This document shows, piece after piece, positions 27,201 through 40,284 of a DNA stretch of 64,000 nucleotides; position 1 is the stretch's first letter; each line of letters opens with the position of its first letter. The notes beneath the pieces were generated by a model. That model did not search any database. It was not told the DNA's origin and saw nothing but the letters and a program-made list of their open reading frames with translations. Made by a program: the position numbers and the translations under genes. The DNA comes from Adineta vaga (taxonomy: Eukaryota > Animalia > Rotifera), in the NCBI GenBank assembly GCA_021613535.1, contig CP075494.1:12834001-12898000 (forward strand), given 5' to 3'.

Positions 27201-27778
27201 ATTATTTTCCAATGGTTCCATTGTTGTTGTTAATTGGCTATCGGTTTGATCTGCTGGTGCAGTTGTTTCACCTGCATATAAATGTTTTTCAATATTGAAC
27301 ATAAATTCATCAAGATTAGTAATAGATTGTTGAAATAATTTCGAACGATTGGCATCAAATAATCGTTCACCTTTGTCACGTGTAATATCTTCTAATTTCA
27401 CCCAAGAATCATCTAATTCTTTAATACGTTGTTCGATCATACTTGGATCAATTAATTGACGATTTTCAGCTTTTAATTGTTCAGCATGTTCTTTAAGAGC
27501 AACTAAACGTTCTTTATTCGAAAGAATTTCTGCTTGAAATGCTTGATGACGAAGATATTTCGTATGAATATTTGCTGTATCACGATATGTATCATCTTGT
27601 GCTTGAAGAGATTTCATATCAAGCCATTCTTTAAGATCATCACAATCTTGAATAAATTGAAAGTATTTAAGTGATTCATGTAGTTTATCGTGCATTTCAA
27701 GAGCAGATTGACGATTAGCACCATAACGATCATTAATAACGGATGCACGAGAAAGAATACGATCACCTAGACAGACAA

Positions 27779-27826
<48 letters not shown>

Positions 27827-30800
27827 AGAAGAAGAGAGTCGTTATATATAATAAATATGATTTCAACTTACCTAAATAATGATTTTCTTGACATAGACGT
27901 TGAGCAAATGAACAAACACCTTGTATTTTATCTTCATTTGCTGTCATTGTTGTAACAAAATCTTCATGTTTTTTTATTAAAACTTCCACATCATCAAATG
28001 ATTTCGGTTTTTGTTCACGTTCTCGTGTTAAATAGGCTTCTTGATGATTGAGTAATATTTCAGCTTGATTGGCATCTCGAGCAAACATTTGATATTGCAT
28101 TGCTTCAGTTAACATATTCTTTTTCTGATGCCACATTTGATCAAGTTCATTCCAACCATCATCAAGTGCATTTAGACGTTCACGTAAAAATATATATTGA
28201 GGATCTGTTGTATCAGCATCACGAATAACACGATGACCATATTCTTTCATTTGGCCATAATCAGGACCATAACGATCAATTTCTTCTTTGATTGTTTGAT
28301 GTTGATTTAATAATTGTTCTGCTTCATTCAATGAATTTGGTATATCTTCACTAGCAACTAATGTTTGTGTACGTGTTAACCATGCTGAGAAATGATCAAG
28401 ATCACGAAGAAATTTCTGTAATTCAGCTGCTTCACCCATAGATTCTTCTCGGCGACGTAAAATTTCTTTGAGTTCATACCAAACTGAATTAATTTGACCG
28501 ACTTTATTACGAATATCTTGTGCATCATCTGGATGATCTTTTTCTAATTTCGATGCTTCTGAGTCAAGTTGATCAAGTTTAGATTGTATTGCAGCCATAT
28601 CACGTTCTAAACCACTCAGACGACGTTGCATCGTCATAACACCACCAAGATCACGACCTAAAAATTCACATATGTCAATCATCAACAGCAATAAATACAA
28701 GGCATATAATACATATGGATGTACATTCGAAATTAGTCAATCATACTCAAGAATTAACTTATCGGAGAAAAAAAAGGTTTTTCACTTGAAAAATAATTAC
28801 CTAAATCTTCAGTGGATTGTACAATACGAATTTTATCTTGAATCCATGATATTGTTTCATTACATTCAATATGAAATGTTTGCACACCAAATGTTGAACT
28901 TAAATCTTCGCGTTTTTTATCAACTAATCGTCGTAATTGTGCCCAATTATGATTTAATCGATTAATACGATCTAAGATTTCTTGTGAATTAGGATGATCA
29001 TTTTGTACTAATGTTCGTGCTTGATGACCAACAATAGCAACTTTAGATGCCGTAGAATTCATATCACGTTCAAAGCCATCGAAACGATGTTTAATAACTT
29101 CTAATTCTTCAATATCATTCACTTGTGTTGGATCTAGTGTTGCTAGAAATCGTTCCTTTTCTTCAATCCATGCTTCGACATTATCAGCATCAGCTAATAA
29201 ACGAAACAATGAAATAGCATCATGTAATTTTTGTTTACGTAATTTTGATAATTCTAATAATTCAGTATATCGTCGTTCAATCGATTGAAGACGTTGTTGA
29301 ACATCAGATGAGGCTTGTTTTTCTGGTGTTAATGTTTGAAGATTACTAGTTTTCAAATTATCAATCGTTTGACGATAATTATCTAATGTATCTTGTGTAT
29401 CTTTATGTTTTTTTAATAATGTTTGTGCAGATAATTCATCACGACCAATATCTTCACTTGATACAAGTTTTAACATATCAAGCATCCAGGTATCAATGTC
29501 ATCGGCATCAGCAAAGAATTGATAATAGTTATGTGTTTCATTCAGATTATTAGCACGATTTGATGACATTTGAAGTAAATTATCCCATTTAGATTTTAAC
29601 ATATCTAAACGTTCGTTGATTTTCGGACCAGCAAAATGACCTTGTTTAACCAATCCTTCACCTTGATTTGTTAGATTTTCAAGTTGACCATATCTAAAAA
29701 TGAAAATTCAACAAAATTATCAACAAGTACGTCGAATTCTTTACCTTCCAGCCATATCAGCTTCAACTAATTTATGTTTAGCTGTTAAACTATCCGTTGA
29801 ATTAACATCATGACCCATATCTGGTGATGTCATGGCTTGTTGTTTTTCATCAATCCATAATTCAGCATCACCAACATCGGAATAGAATTTCGATAAAACT
29901 TTTGCTTGTTCAAGTATATCTCGACGTTTTCGTGCTAATTCAATTAATTCATCATACGCTTTTTGTAAATTATGTATACGTATTTCAATTTCTTCAGGTG
30001 TAGCTGGACGATATCCATCTATATTAACATCTGGATTCAGATATTCATCTGCATCAGTAATCGCACGTTTTAAACGTTCATCAATAACATAAATATCAGC
30101 TTCAATTAATGAATGTCGTTGAAGAAGATCATCAGCAGACATGATATATTTTTCAACATCATCTGATTTTAATCGCCATTTTAAATCAGTAATCCATTCA
30201 TAGATATATTGCATTTCCTACAATAGAAAATCATCATTCAACTGAAATGAAATTTAAGAAATCATACTTGAAAAACTCGTTGAAGATTATAAGCAAGTTC
30301 AAGACATTGTCGTCGTTTAGTAACTAGACCAACTAAATATTCCCAATGCATTTCAACATTCTTTTTTCGTGCTTCAACTGTTGTATAATCATGATAATCT
30401 TCAGTTTTAAGTTCATTTGCAATAGCCATGATATTTTGAAGACGTTCTTCAAATGCAGCTATATCTGTTTGAATAGCTTCTTGTTTCTTAAATGCTGCTT
30501 CAACCGATGCTAAATCTGTACCAAATTGATCACTAAAAACAAGATATAGAAATAGATGAATTGATTTCGATGAAGAAAATATTTCGAAAGATATGAAGTA
30601 GAACTTAAGCAAATTTGCTGCAGACTACTTCTATTATTTTACAGCAAGAAGCAATGATAGCAAATGTTTATCACATGCTGTCTGTTACAAAACATTGAAA
30701 TACCTTTTTATAATTTATACCACAACGACTGATATATATCGTCTACTCTTGATATGACCAATAATAACATCGAGCCTGTATAAATTCTATGTATGTATGT

Positions 30801-30862
30801 ATGTATGAGGATTATTCGGAAGGAAATCATCTCGATATATCAATTCAAAAGAGTCTGATCTC

Positions 30863-30895
<33 letters not shown>

Positions 30896-33800
30896 TAAAT
30901 CCTATCAAGATTGGTACACTCAATTCAAAGTTTTATGACTATTTGTTTATTTACCTTGCAACAAGTTTTTCACTATCTGTTAACCATTTTTCTCTAAGAC
31001 CAGCTTTTCGATTGAATTTCGTTGCTAATTGTTCTAATCGTTCTTGTCGAAGAATTTCTTCACGTAATGCTAATTCTCTTTCATGTTCAGCTCGTTCTAA
31101 ATTTTCCCATGCACGATTAATATCCGATATCATTTTGCCTTCTCGAGGTTGAAATGGTACTTGTTGATTGGCACGTTCTTTACTTTGTAATGTAAATAAT
31201 AGAACTTCTAAATTTCCTTTTTCAGCAAATCGTGCTGGTTTATCCATTACACGATAACGATTAAATTCAACTAATTTTTCTTGTACACGTCCAAGTGAAT
31301 TGGGAAATTGTCGATCATTCAATGTTCGAATTGTTTGTTCAATCCATGCTAAGAGATCCGATACTAAACGTTCATATTCATTTGCCATCTTTTCTGAATC
31401 AAGTGCTGAACCAACAACTTTAGCTAAACGTCTGCCTTGAACACTATCATTTTTCATTTTAGAAAAGTAATGATATAATGTAACAATATATGTAATGATT
31501 GATTTTTCATCGACATATTCAACATTAACATCTTCGGGATCAAGTAATTTACTGATACCTAAACGTTTTTCACATAAATCAAATGCTAATTGTAAATTAT
31601 GATTGGGATTTTCTTTTGTTAATGTTTTAAATTGTGGAATAAGATCGGGACGATGTTTATGTATCAATGCACAAAATGCTAAACCATCTTTCCATGACGA
31701 TGTAAAATTACGAACATTAACATTTGAATAATCAGCTGTTTTCATTTGACACCAAAGTAATAAAGCATCTTTAGCTGATTTTGTTTCTGTTGATTCATAT
31801 TCTTCAATTGTTATATCTTGAATTTGAAAACGAAGAATTATTGTCCAAATAAGACCAAGGATTAAGGAAGAATTTCCATCGACAATATCATGAGCACTGT
31901 AAAAAAGAAGAAGAAGATAATGTTAAAATTTTTCAATCATCAGGGCTATCTTTTTTTCTCTCAATTTGATCATTCATTTATGATAAGATATCTGTCACTT
32001 TTTTTTTGTTTTCATATAAATATTTTTCTATTAATTGATTTATATAGAGTGATTTCAATGAAGCATATTGTACATTTTCTTAGTGAACCAAATCTTTTTT
32101 TGATTGATGTATTAACTTTCACAGTAAAGAATTAATCTAAGCAATATTCAAATAAATCGAATCGTTCTTCTCATTCTCATTCTCTTTCATACATATACAT
32201 GACTTCACATAGATTCAATGTCAATGTTCAAACTACGTACCCAATATTTTCTAGATGAACATGTTGTTCTTGTAAAAACATGATTGCTTTGTCGACATTT
32301 TCTAAACAATGAATACGCATTTTTCCTCGTGTTGCTTTGGGTAGACGTTCTCCACTTAAAATTTCTAGAAGACGAATTAACATTCTTCCATCAGCTAAAT
32401 CAGTATATAAATCATTGATACGACAACCAACACGAGTTAAATGTGAATTAACCCATTTCGTAAATGTTTTCTTTTGTACATGACCACGTTCATCAGCAAG
32501 AACTTGAATACGTGTTCGTTCGAACATTCGGGCTGATGAATTACATTCATCTTGACCATCTAAATCAAAATCAGCTGCTAATTGATCTATATTAAATGGA
32601 ATTTGATCATGTTGGGAATTGTGACCATTAGTTTGAGGATGATGAATACCATTAGCGGTTGCTGGCGACATGTCCAAACTAAAGAAGAAAAATATTACTA
32701 TTAGTAGTCATATATATATATATATGAATTTATATCATAACAGAAGATGAGTATGTCCAATAAACAGTAGATGATATTTTGAATGTGTTCTCGGACAGAC
32801 AACTCAATAGATCAATTTGATTTTCATTTCACTTTGACTCAACTGAATTGTTCATCGAATATGAATTAAGAAAAAGAAAATGAGATTTTTCTGAAAGAAT
32901 CCGAAGTAATTAATGAGGATTTTTTTCTCTTCGATTAAGCTTACTAAGCTTGTTGTTGATGATATGATGCTGTATCGACCATTGTTGCTGCTGCTGTCTT
33001 TCTTACATTCTGCGTTGAACGTTAAACATCTCACAATGAATTCTTGGCCTATGTATAAAAGCGATGGTGTATATTCTCTTTCTCTTTTCTCTTTCTTTCT
33101 ATTTCGAGTGTATATGCTTTTATTCGCTTGTCCATCGGTCAGACGGTTATCTACGGGGTGAAGAAAAAGAATATCGCTCACATTTTTATCTATCCTTGTT
33201 TCTACTTGCAGATGTGGTGATGTTGGTAATCATTTGCGTTCATCGCCGCTCTTCTATTCTTTCTTTCCGTTCAAAGGTAGTGATGTTGATAATGCCTTTT
33301 TTTCTCGCTTTCGTCTCGTTTATGTTCTGTTTTTTCTTTCTCTTTCCCTTTCTCTCTCGCGTTCTTTCTCTCCCTCTCTGTTTGTCTGTCTGCCTGCCTG
33401 CCTGCCTGCCTATATCGTCCATTCGTTCTCGTTAGCTCGAAGAAAAATACTAAATGGTACCAGCAATTGATTACTATTACAACTGTTGCACGACGATATT
33501 TTGTTTTTGTCGTAGTTTTGCGTTTTTTCCTCCTTACAATTATGACAATATGTGGCTTTCATATTAACCAAAAATCAATGAAAAGAATAACCGCAAATAA
33601 AATTGCTTCTTGCAATGATCGATGTTTTTCAACTCATTTTAAAACAGAAAAAAAAACTATTTTCCATTATATTTATGAGATTATTTAGAAAAAATGTCTA
33701 TACTGCAGGCTATATATAAACATTGAGATACATATCCTGCTGTTCTTCGTGATGAACAAAACTAGATCACACATTGATTTTGGAGAAAAAACAAACTGTA

Positions 33801-34416
33801 TGATAACGAGTGTTTCTAGATACAACGTATGAATTATTTTATCAAAATATGACAATTGTAATATAGTAGAAAAAAAGCTAAGTAAATAGCATTCGTGGCT
33901 TTCATTTTAAATAGTCAACGAAAATGTTAATGGACATTTTTGTGGTTTTAACTACGCTTAAGGCAGAAAGGTTAAAAGTGATTTCGAAAAAAAAAGCTTT
34001 TTTTTTGAATGATTTCAGTGAATTGAATTGATGAAATTGCTTTATGTCATCAGGCTGGGAAATATTCACCACGATTCCGATTTGTCTACTACCGTAATTT
34101 CTCTATAAGAGATCTTGACCTTCACGTTCAAACAAACTCTCCAATTACTATTCAGTTATTGTTTTCATTATCTTCTCTAGTTTATTATTCTATCTTTCTC
34201 ATTGTATATAACAAAAACAAAACCTGATAAAATTTCCGTTGATATCAATCAACAAAGTTAATAAAGATTCATCTTCTATGAACAATAAATAGTCTTAAAA
34301 AAAAAGACATAAAATGAAACTCTTCACTTCTCGATCAAGAAAGCCAACATATGGAATGTCGATATCAATCACTTGACCTTATCTTTAAGCAAGAGAAATT
34401 CTTACCTCGTTGACAT
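24268..34416 (-). CDS. SPTBN1: Beta-spectrin (tandem CH actin-binding domains, spectrin repeats, PH domain)
   Basis: [13 protein letters not shown] (CH1), [12 protein letters not shown] (CH2), spectrin repeats, PH domain [11 protein letters not shown]…[12 protein letters not shown], basic tail SGFFSKKRK*. The first exon 34406-34416 (ATG TCA ACG AG) splices in phase to the exon starting at 32678. Confidence 0.93.
27781..27825. repeat. (AGAT)n microsatellite inside spectrin intron 27767-27871
   Basis: Directly visible tetranucleotide run. Confidence 0.9.
30865..30892. repeat. (TA)n microsatellite in a spectrin intron
   Basis: Directly visible run. Confidence 0.85.
33380..33410. repeat. (CTGT/CTGC)n microsatellite in a CT-rich tract of spectrin intron 1
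   Basis: ctgtctgcctgcctgcctgcctgcc is visible; it explains the spurious low-complexity ORFs here. Confidence 0.8.
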
Positions 34417-34783
34417 ATTGAACAGCACTGCTAGAAGTATATTTTAATTGAGAAACAAATGAGAGAGAGAGAGAAAAAAACCACCTAACAAAGAGATAAT
34501 AATCTAAAATAAACAATTTCAAAACTATCAAAAAACTGATTTCTTCTGTCAAGACAGAACGTTAACTCTAATGTATTGACAAAAACAAATAAACAAATAG
34601 TTTTTTTTTCTTCTTGGCTTATTCTTTCTTCTTTTCTTTCTTTCATTTATTGATTGATTCATCGATTGAAAAACAAATACCAATAAAATTTATTTTCATT
34701 TTATTCAATTGATTTTTTTTTCGAGAATTTTATTAATTTTATTTCGATTTATGAGAAAAACTAGATGAAATATTTTCAGTTAA

Positions 34784-34792
34784 CGCCATCTA
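34784..34792. promoter_or_regulatory. CGCCATCTA motif (reverse complement TAGATGGCG) in the spectrin/TUT1 divergent promoter region
   Basis: About 80 bp upstream of the TUT1 ATG; recurs at two other gene boundaries. Confidence 0.45.
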
Positions 34793-34872
34793 TAATTCAA
34801 CATATAATATAGACGATTTCTTTTCGAAATAACTCTTTCTTTCATACGCATAACAAAGCAAGCAATTTAACG

Positions 34873-37623
34873 ATGGTTCTCCGCTGTGATTTATGCCGTA
34901 TAGAAGTACCCGATGGTTTGTCGAATAAAACTAAAACTTGAAAATTATAATTCTGTATTTTGTAGAACATGTTCTAGCTGATCATAATAATGGTAAACGT
35001 CATCAAGCATTATTAACTGCTCGTCAACGATTTGAAAGTTCACAAAATTCAAGTATTTATGTAACGCGATTTAAACCTGAACATGATGAAGCTTTACTGA
35101 AAAATTATTTTTCACGTTTTGGATCGATTAAAAATTGTTTTCTTGACAAAGAAAAGGTTTGTTCGTACTCATGAAGTTTTCAATGAATATAATGGTTTAC
35201 TTTTCTTATTTTGTTTCTTTGAAGCATGTGTATGCCATCATTGAATATGAAAATATCGATTCGGCTAATAAATGTTTAGAACAATCTGAACAATGTCAGT
35301 TAGATGATGGTACACGTTTAAAAGTGAAAGCACGTAATCATCATGAATTCAAATCGAAACGTATGTTAATTAGTGAACAAGAATTTTTAAATATCAACAA
35401 GGAAAAGGAAATTGAACAACATGGAATTCTTATTCAAATGTTAAACAGTCAATCATCGGTAAGAAATTCGATGAGAATTTATAGAGACTTTATCGAATAT
35501 ATATTCAGATTGATGAACAAGCAGAAGCTATTGTTCAACAAGAAAAACTTCCCGATGAAATTTTAAAAGGTCGAGAAGAGTTTTTTAAAGAATTACAAAA
35601 CATGTTTATGAAAAATTTTCCCGGTAAGAATCTTTCAACTAATTAGAAGACAAATTCATTCTATCGATTTTATCTAGGTGCACAATTATGTTTAACTGGT
35701 TCAATGGCGAATAGTTTAGCAACGATATTATCTGATATGGATCTTGTCCTTGTTTTAAATGACATGTATATCGAACCACAACGTGTCTTATCATCATCAA
35801 ATAATAGCCGTGAATCGATGAATATCGATGAAAACAGTTGTAGTAATGATGTAGATATGCATCAAAATAAAGTATGTTGTAGTTTCATGAAAAATTCAGA
35901 TAGACGAAAAAGAAAACATTTTTCTTCGTTATTTCGATTAGTTCAAACGGAATGCAAGTGATGGTTCATCAAGTCGTTCATTATCACCTCCACTTCCATC
36001 ATCATCATCATCATCTTATTCAGCTGATGAACTTCTTCAAATGTCAATTCCAGATCGACTTGATTATATTCGTCGATTACTTCGTTCATCTGCAGCTTAT
36101 GTTTGTCATGTACAACGAATTGCACAAGCTCGTTGTCCAGTTGTTCGATTTTGTCATAAACAACAGAAAATGTTTTGTGAATTATCAATTAATAATCAGT
36201 AAGTATTGACATCAAGTCTTGTTGAAAAAGTTTTACTAATTAAAACGTATTTTTAGTTTAGCAACAGCAAACACAGATTTAGTACGATATTTTCTAATAT
36301 ATGAACCGAAATTACGTTCATTATTATATACAATTCGATTATGGTTGAAACAAAAAGATTTACTTGGCAAAGGACATCGTTTTAATACATATACATTATT
36401 CTGGATGATTGTGTGTTCGTTACAATTAGATAATCAACAATTACCTAGTGTAAAATCATTATCAGAACGAGCAAGTAAGTAAAAAAATAAATGTCTATCG
36501 ATTATTATCTTATGAATCTATTTAGATCATAAACGACAACATGGACCATGGAATTGTTCGATTCCAGATATAAATCAAATCGAAAAGAATATCTCAACGG
36601 GTTCCTTAGGTAAAATTTTTGAAGACAACTGTGTATAGTTTTCTCTCAATTGTAAAAATCGAATATAAACTATGAAATTCTTTTCTTTCAGAACAAATAC
36701 TTCATAATTTTTTCAAATTCTATTCAAAATTGAATGCAACTGAACATGAACTTTCACCGTGGAGTGGTAAACTTGAGTCGAAATCTTCTTCAACTAATTC
36801 ATTTTCAATATTTGATCCATTCGAACATGATCATAATCTAACTTCGAATATTTCTCAAACCAATTGGGTCAAATTTCAAGAAGAATGTTCATTAGCCAAT
36901 CAAATTCTTGATGAATCTTCTAAAAAACGTCAAAATAAATCATGGGGTTTATCTTTAATTTTAACTCGAAAATCATTACCACAAAAGAATCTCATTCATG
37001 AACCACATTATAATCCTTCACATTCGTCAAATATCATCGAATTTCGAGTACAAGAAACTAATGAAAACGAATTAGACACATATGTTAAAGTTATTCTCAA
37101 AGATATTTTATTATTCGAACAAGTTAATTATGAAATGATTAGTAAAAAACGACCAGCAAGTCCACCAAGTGAAGTCACAGCAAATAAATTAGCTGAAAAA
37201 TTAGATGAAACACTTTCTGCAAAACGTCGTCGAACAGACGATGATGGTTATACAGCAACACCAACAATGGGTATATCGTATTCGAAAGAAAAAGTTTATT
37301 TTCAAGTTAATTATCGAACATGGCAAGATCGTCGAAAATTAAAACGAAGTATTGATAATGAACAAAAGAATATGTCTATTTATGAGTGTGAAAAGTTAAT
37401 TAGTCATAAATTAAAAGAAGATCACGAACATCGTTTAGAAACACCGATATATCTATCCATGGAAATGAAATTCTTACCAACAACAGTAACTGAAAAGTCC
37501 AATCAAAAAGTTCAAATTCATTTTGAATTTCAAGCAAATGAACAATATCAATTATTTGTTGATTTAACACATTTTCTAACTTTATATCTACCAAAAATGT
37601 TGACAAATCAATCAGCAAATTAA
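34873..37623 (+). CDS. TUT1: U6 snRNA terminal uridylyltransferase / Star-PAP
   Basis: Matrin-type Zn finger (CDLC…HNNGKRH), RRM (SIYVTRF…YAIIEY), NTase GSMANSLATILSDMDL with a Ser/Pro-rich palm insertion, ARCPVVRF, PAP-associated DPFEHDHNLT, C-terminal RTWQDRRKLKR. Confidence 0.85.
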
Positions 37624-37807
37624 AAGACATTTAGTGAAGTCTAGTCATTCCTTGGATTTTTTTAACGTTTTTATTTTGCTTTATTGAATAAACATCTATT
37701 CGAAAAGTATTTTTAGAGCAAATCGATAGTTTTCATTCGAAATAAAGAAGACTGAACTCAAGAATAAACGTATCTTAGTTACCATTTCTCAATTATTTTC
37801 ATTAGAA

Positions 37808-39619
37808 ATGTTATTTTGGATATATTTTTCTTTGATTAATTCTATTTCAATATATCTTGCTTTACAAGATAGTGATTCACTAGCTAATTCATGTTTCAAT
37901 TTTAATATCGAAGGATCTAATCAGCCAATTTCGTGTGATGAAGCAAGTATGAGATTCCGCGATCCAAATGGAGTAGAATTTCTTTTACAATGTATTCAAT
38001 GTAATCTCTATAATATTAATATTCTTATAAAAATTAATTGTTCAACTTATTATCATTGTGCATCATTTACTTTTCGTAATATTCCTATATTTGAACAATT
38101 TCTTCTCGCACATAGCCATAAAATTCCTAGTTTGTTTCCTGCAATACCAATATTATCACGCCAAGTTATTCTTAGATTTCGTATCCGCAGGTATAATATT
38201 ACACGGATTACTTCTGATTTTATTAAGACAATATTCGATATCAATCGTCCTGATCTGACTATATATGTATATCTTTTTTCGCGAGAACCAAAACATATAT
38301 CGCCATTAGAAGTTGAACATAACTATATCTCCTTTAAATTTCATCAATTAATTATAGCAATAAAATGTGATAATACATATGATTTCACGCACTATGTATA
38401 TGTTGATGGCGTTTTTCAAGACATACCCAACCGTGACCAATGTTCAATCGACGAAACTACACAATATGTAAGTCAGACCATCAAGAAACAATGTTCTTCT
38501 TCCATGTAAAATATTTGAATTCATACTATTCTTTAGAGAATCATTCCTACGGATTCTACAATAACAACTACAACTACGCTAACATCATCAATAGTAATAG
38601 AATCGATTGTTACATCAATTCCCCTTGAAATGACCACAGGAACAACGCCTATACTAGAATACATAACTGAATCAACTTCAACTATAAGAACAAGAAGCGA
38701 TACTACCGAATCTACTACAAAAAGTACAACTAAAAGAATCACAACGAGAACAAGAGCACAAGGAACAAGAAAATCTAGTGTGAAAATTACACTTCGAAGA
38801 ACGATAACTAGAGCAAAACAAACTAGATCGACAAGCACGACGAAACCGTCGATAGCAATAACAAGCACTGCATTTGTAATGTCAACAGGCATTTCAAACC
38901 TGATAACGAAGATGTCATCGACAAAATTTGATACAACAGTTATTGAATCATTAACAAATGACGAAATTATTTCACCTATACTCACAACTAAAAAGATGGA
39001 ACCAGTTACAACCATAGAAACCACTGACCGACAAACTCATAGCACAATATTGGTTACATCCACATTTCAATTGACAACTATTCCATTTCTGATAACTCAA
39101 AACATGGAATTATTCACGACAATGGATACTACTGAACAACCATTCTATAGAACAACAGATATACTTACATCTCAGATGTCAACGATGAAACTAAAATCTT
39201 CACAAATTCCTTGGGAAATAACAACTAAAACAAGAAAAATATCATCGAATACAACATCAAAATTAACAAGTATGTCTGTAAAAAGAGGAAATGAACCATC
39301 GCAAACTTCTCGCAACAGGATTTTTTATCTTACTTTTGGTATACCTGTCGGAATTCTATGTATACCGTTAATTATTTGTCTTATTTCTTCTCTTTGCTGT
39401 CGTCGTAAAGAACAATATCAAATCAATGATGATTTCAGTCTTCCCTCTGCTACGATCAGTACGAATACACACAATAATATTTTAGATCAATCATCACTTA
39501 ATACTCCTAGTACTACATATACATCTTCATCATTGATATCAATACAACATGACCAAAGTGAATTATCACAGAAATCGAAAACCAACTATGATTTTATGTT
39601 TAAAGACAAGGATTTCTAA
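37808..39619 (+). CDS. Mucin-like type I membrane protein (signal peptide, Cys-rich head, Thr-rich stalk, TM, tail); 2 exons
   Basis: Intron 38468-38536 joins the 233-aa and 329-aa ORFs in frame. TM IFYLTFGIPVGILCIPLIICLISSLCC. Confidence 0.8.
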
Positions 39620-40284
39620 CAAAATATTGATAAACAACATGTCGACTGTTTAAATCTCAAATAATATCGATGATTTCTCTAAATGATCACTTTCCTTAAA
39701 CTTCATAATAAACTAGACAACATTTTTTTGCATAAAAATATTCTATTCATCGTCTATACTTTCTCATTTCAAGTCAATTTTCGAATTAGATTTTCTATAC
39801 TTCGATATACTTGAGTACTTAAGTGAATAGAAGAATTTAAAATGGCCCATTAGAATACCTAAGTTGCAAAAGAATTCAGTTCATTCGATATTTTCTCATT
39901 ATTTCTAAACAAATTCAATCAGTCATATCATTAAATTCATCAGAGTGTAATGATCTTCTTGAAATCTAAATAGTAAATATTCATTTTGTCACCATGTAGA
40001 AGACGTTTCTCTTCTTCTATAGGTTAGTCTCTTGCATCGCAAAAAAACAACCAGCTGACATTATTCTTCTAGTTCATATAGACGAAGATGTCTAACGTTC
40101 TCTCTCTCACTCTCTTCTTTTTCTCTTCGGTCATTGTAGTGGCCGGCATTAATGGACGAATAGGAAAAGAAATAAAGAATCTATACATATACATAAGCAA
40201 ACGACCATTATTCGAGCAGTTCTCCCGTCGTTGACCTAGTCGTTCACTTATTATTCCGTAGAAAAGAAGAAGTAGACTGTGAAT

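Noticed and set aside
32852-33688. Cluster of overlapping ORFs in spectrin intron 1
   Set aside because: Low-complexity CT/GA and CTGC repeats generate stop-poor frames with no protein features.
38533-39024. 163-aa Val-rich antisense ORF
   Set aside because: Mirror of the Thr-rich (ACN) mucin codons on the plus strand.
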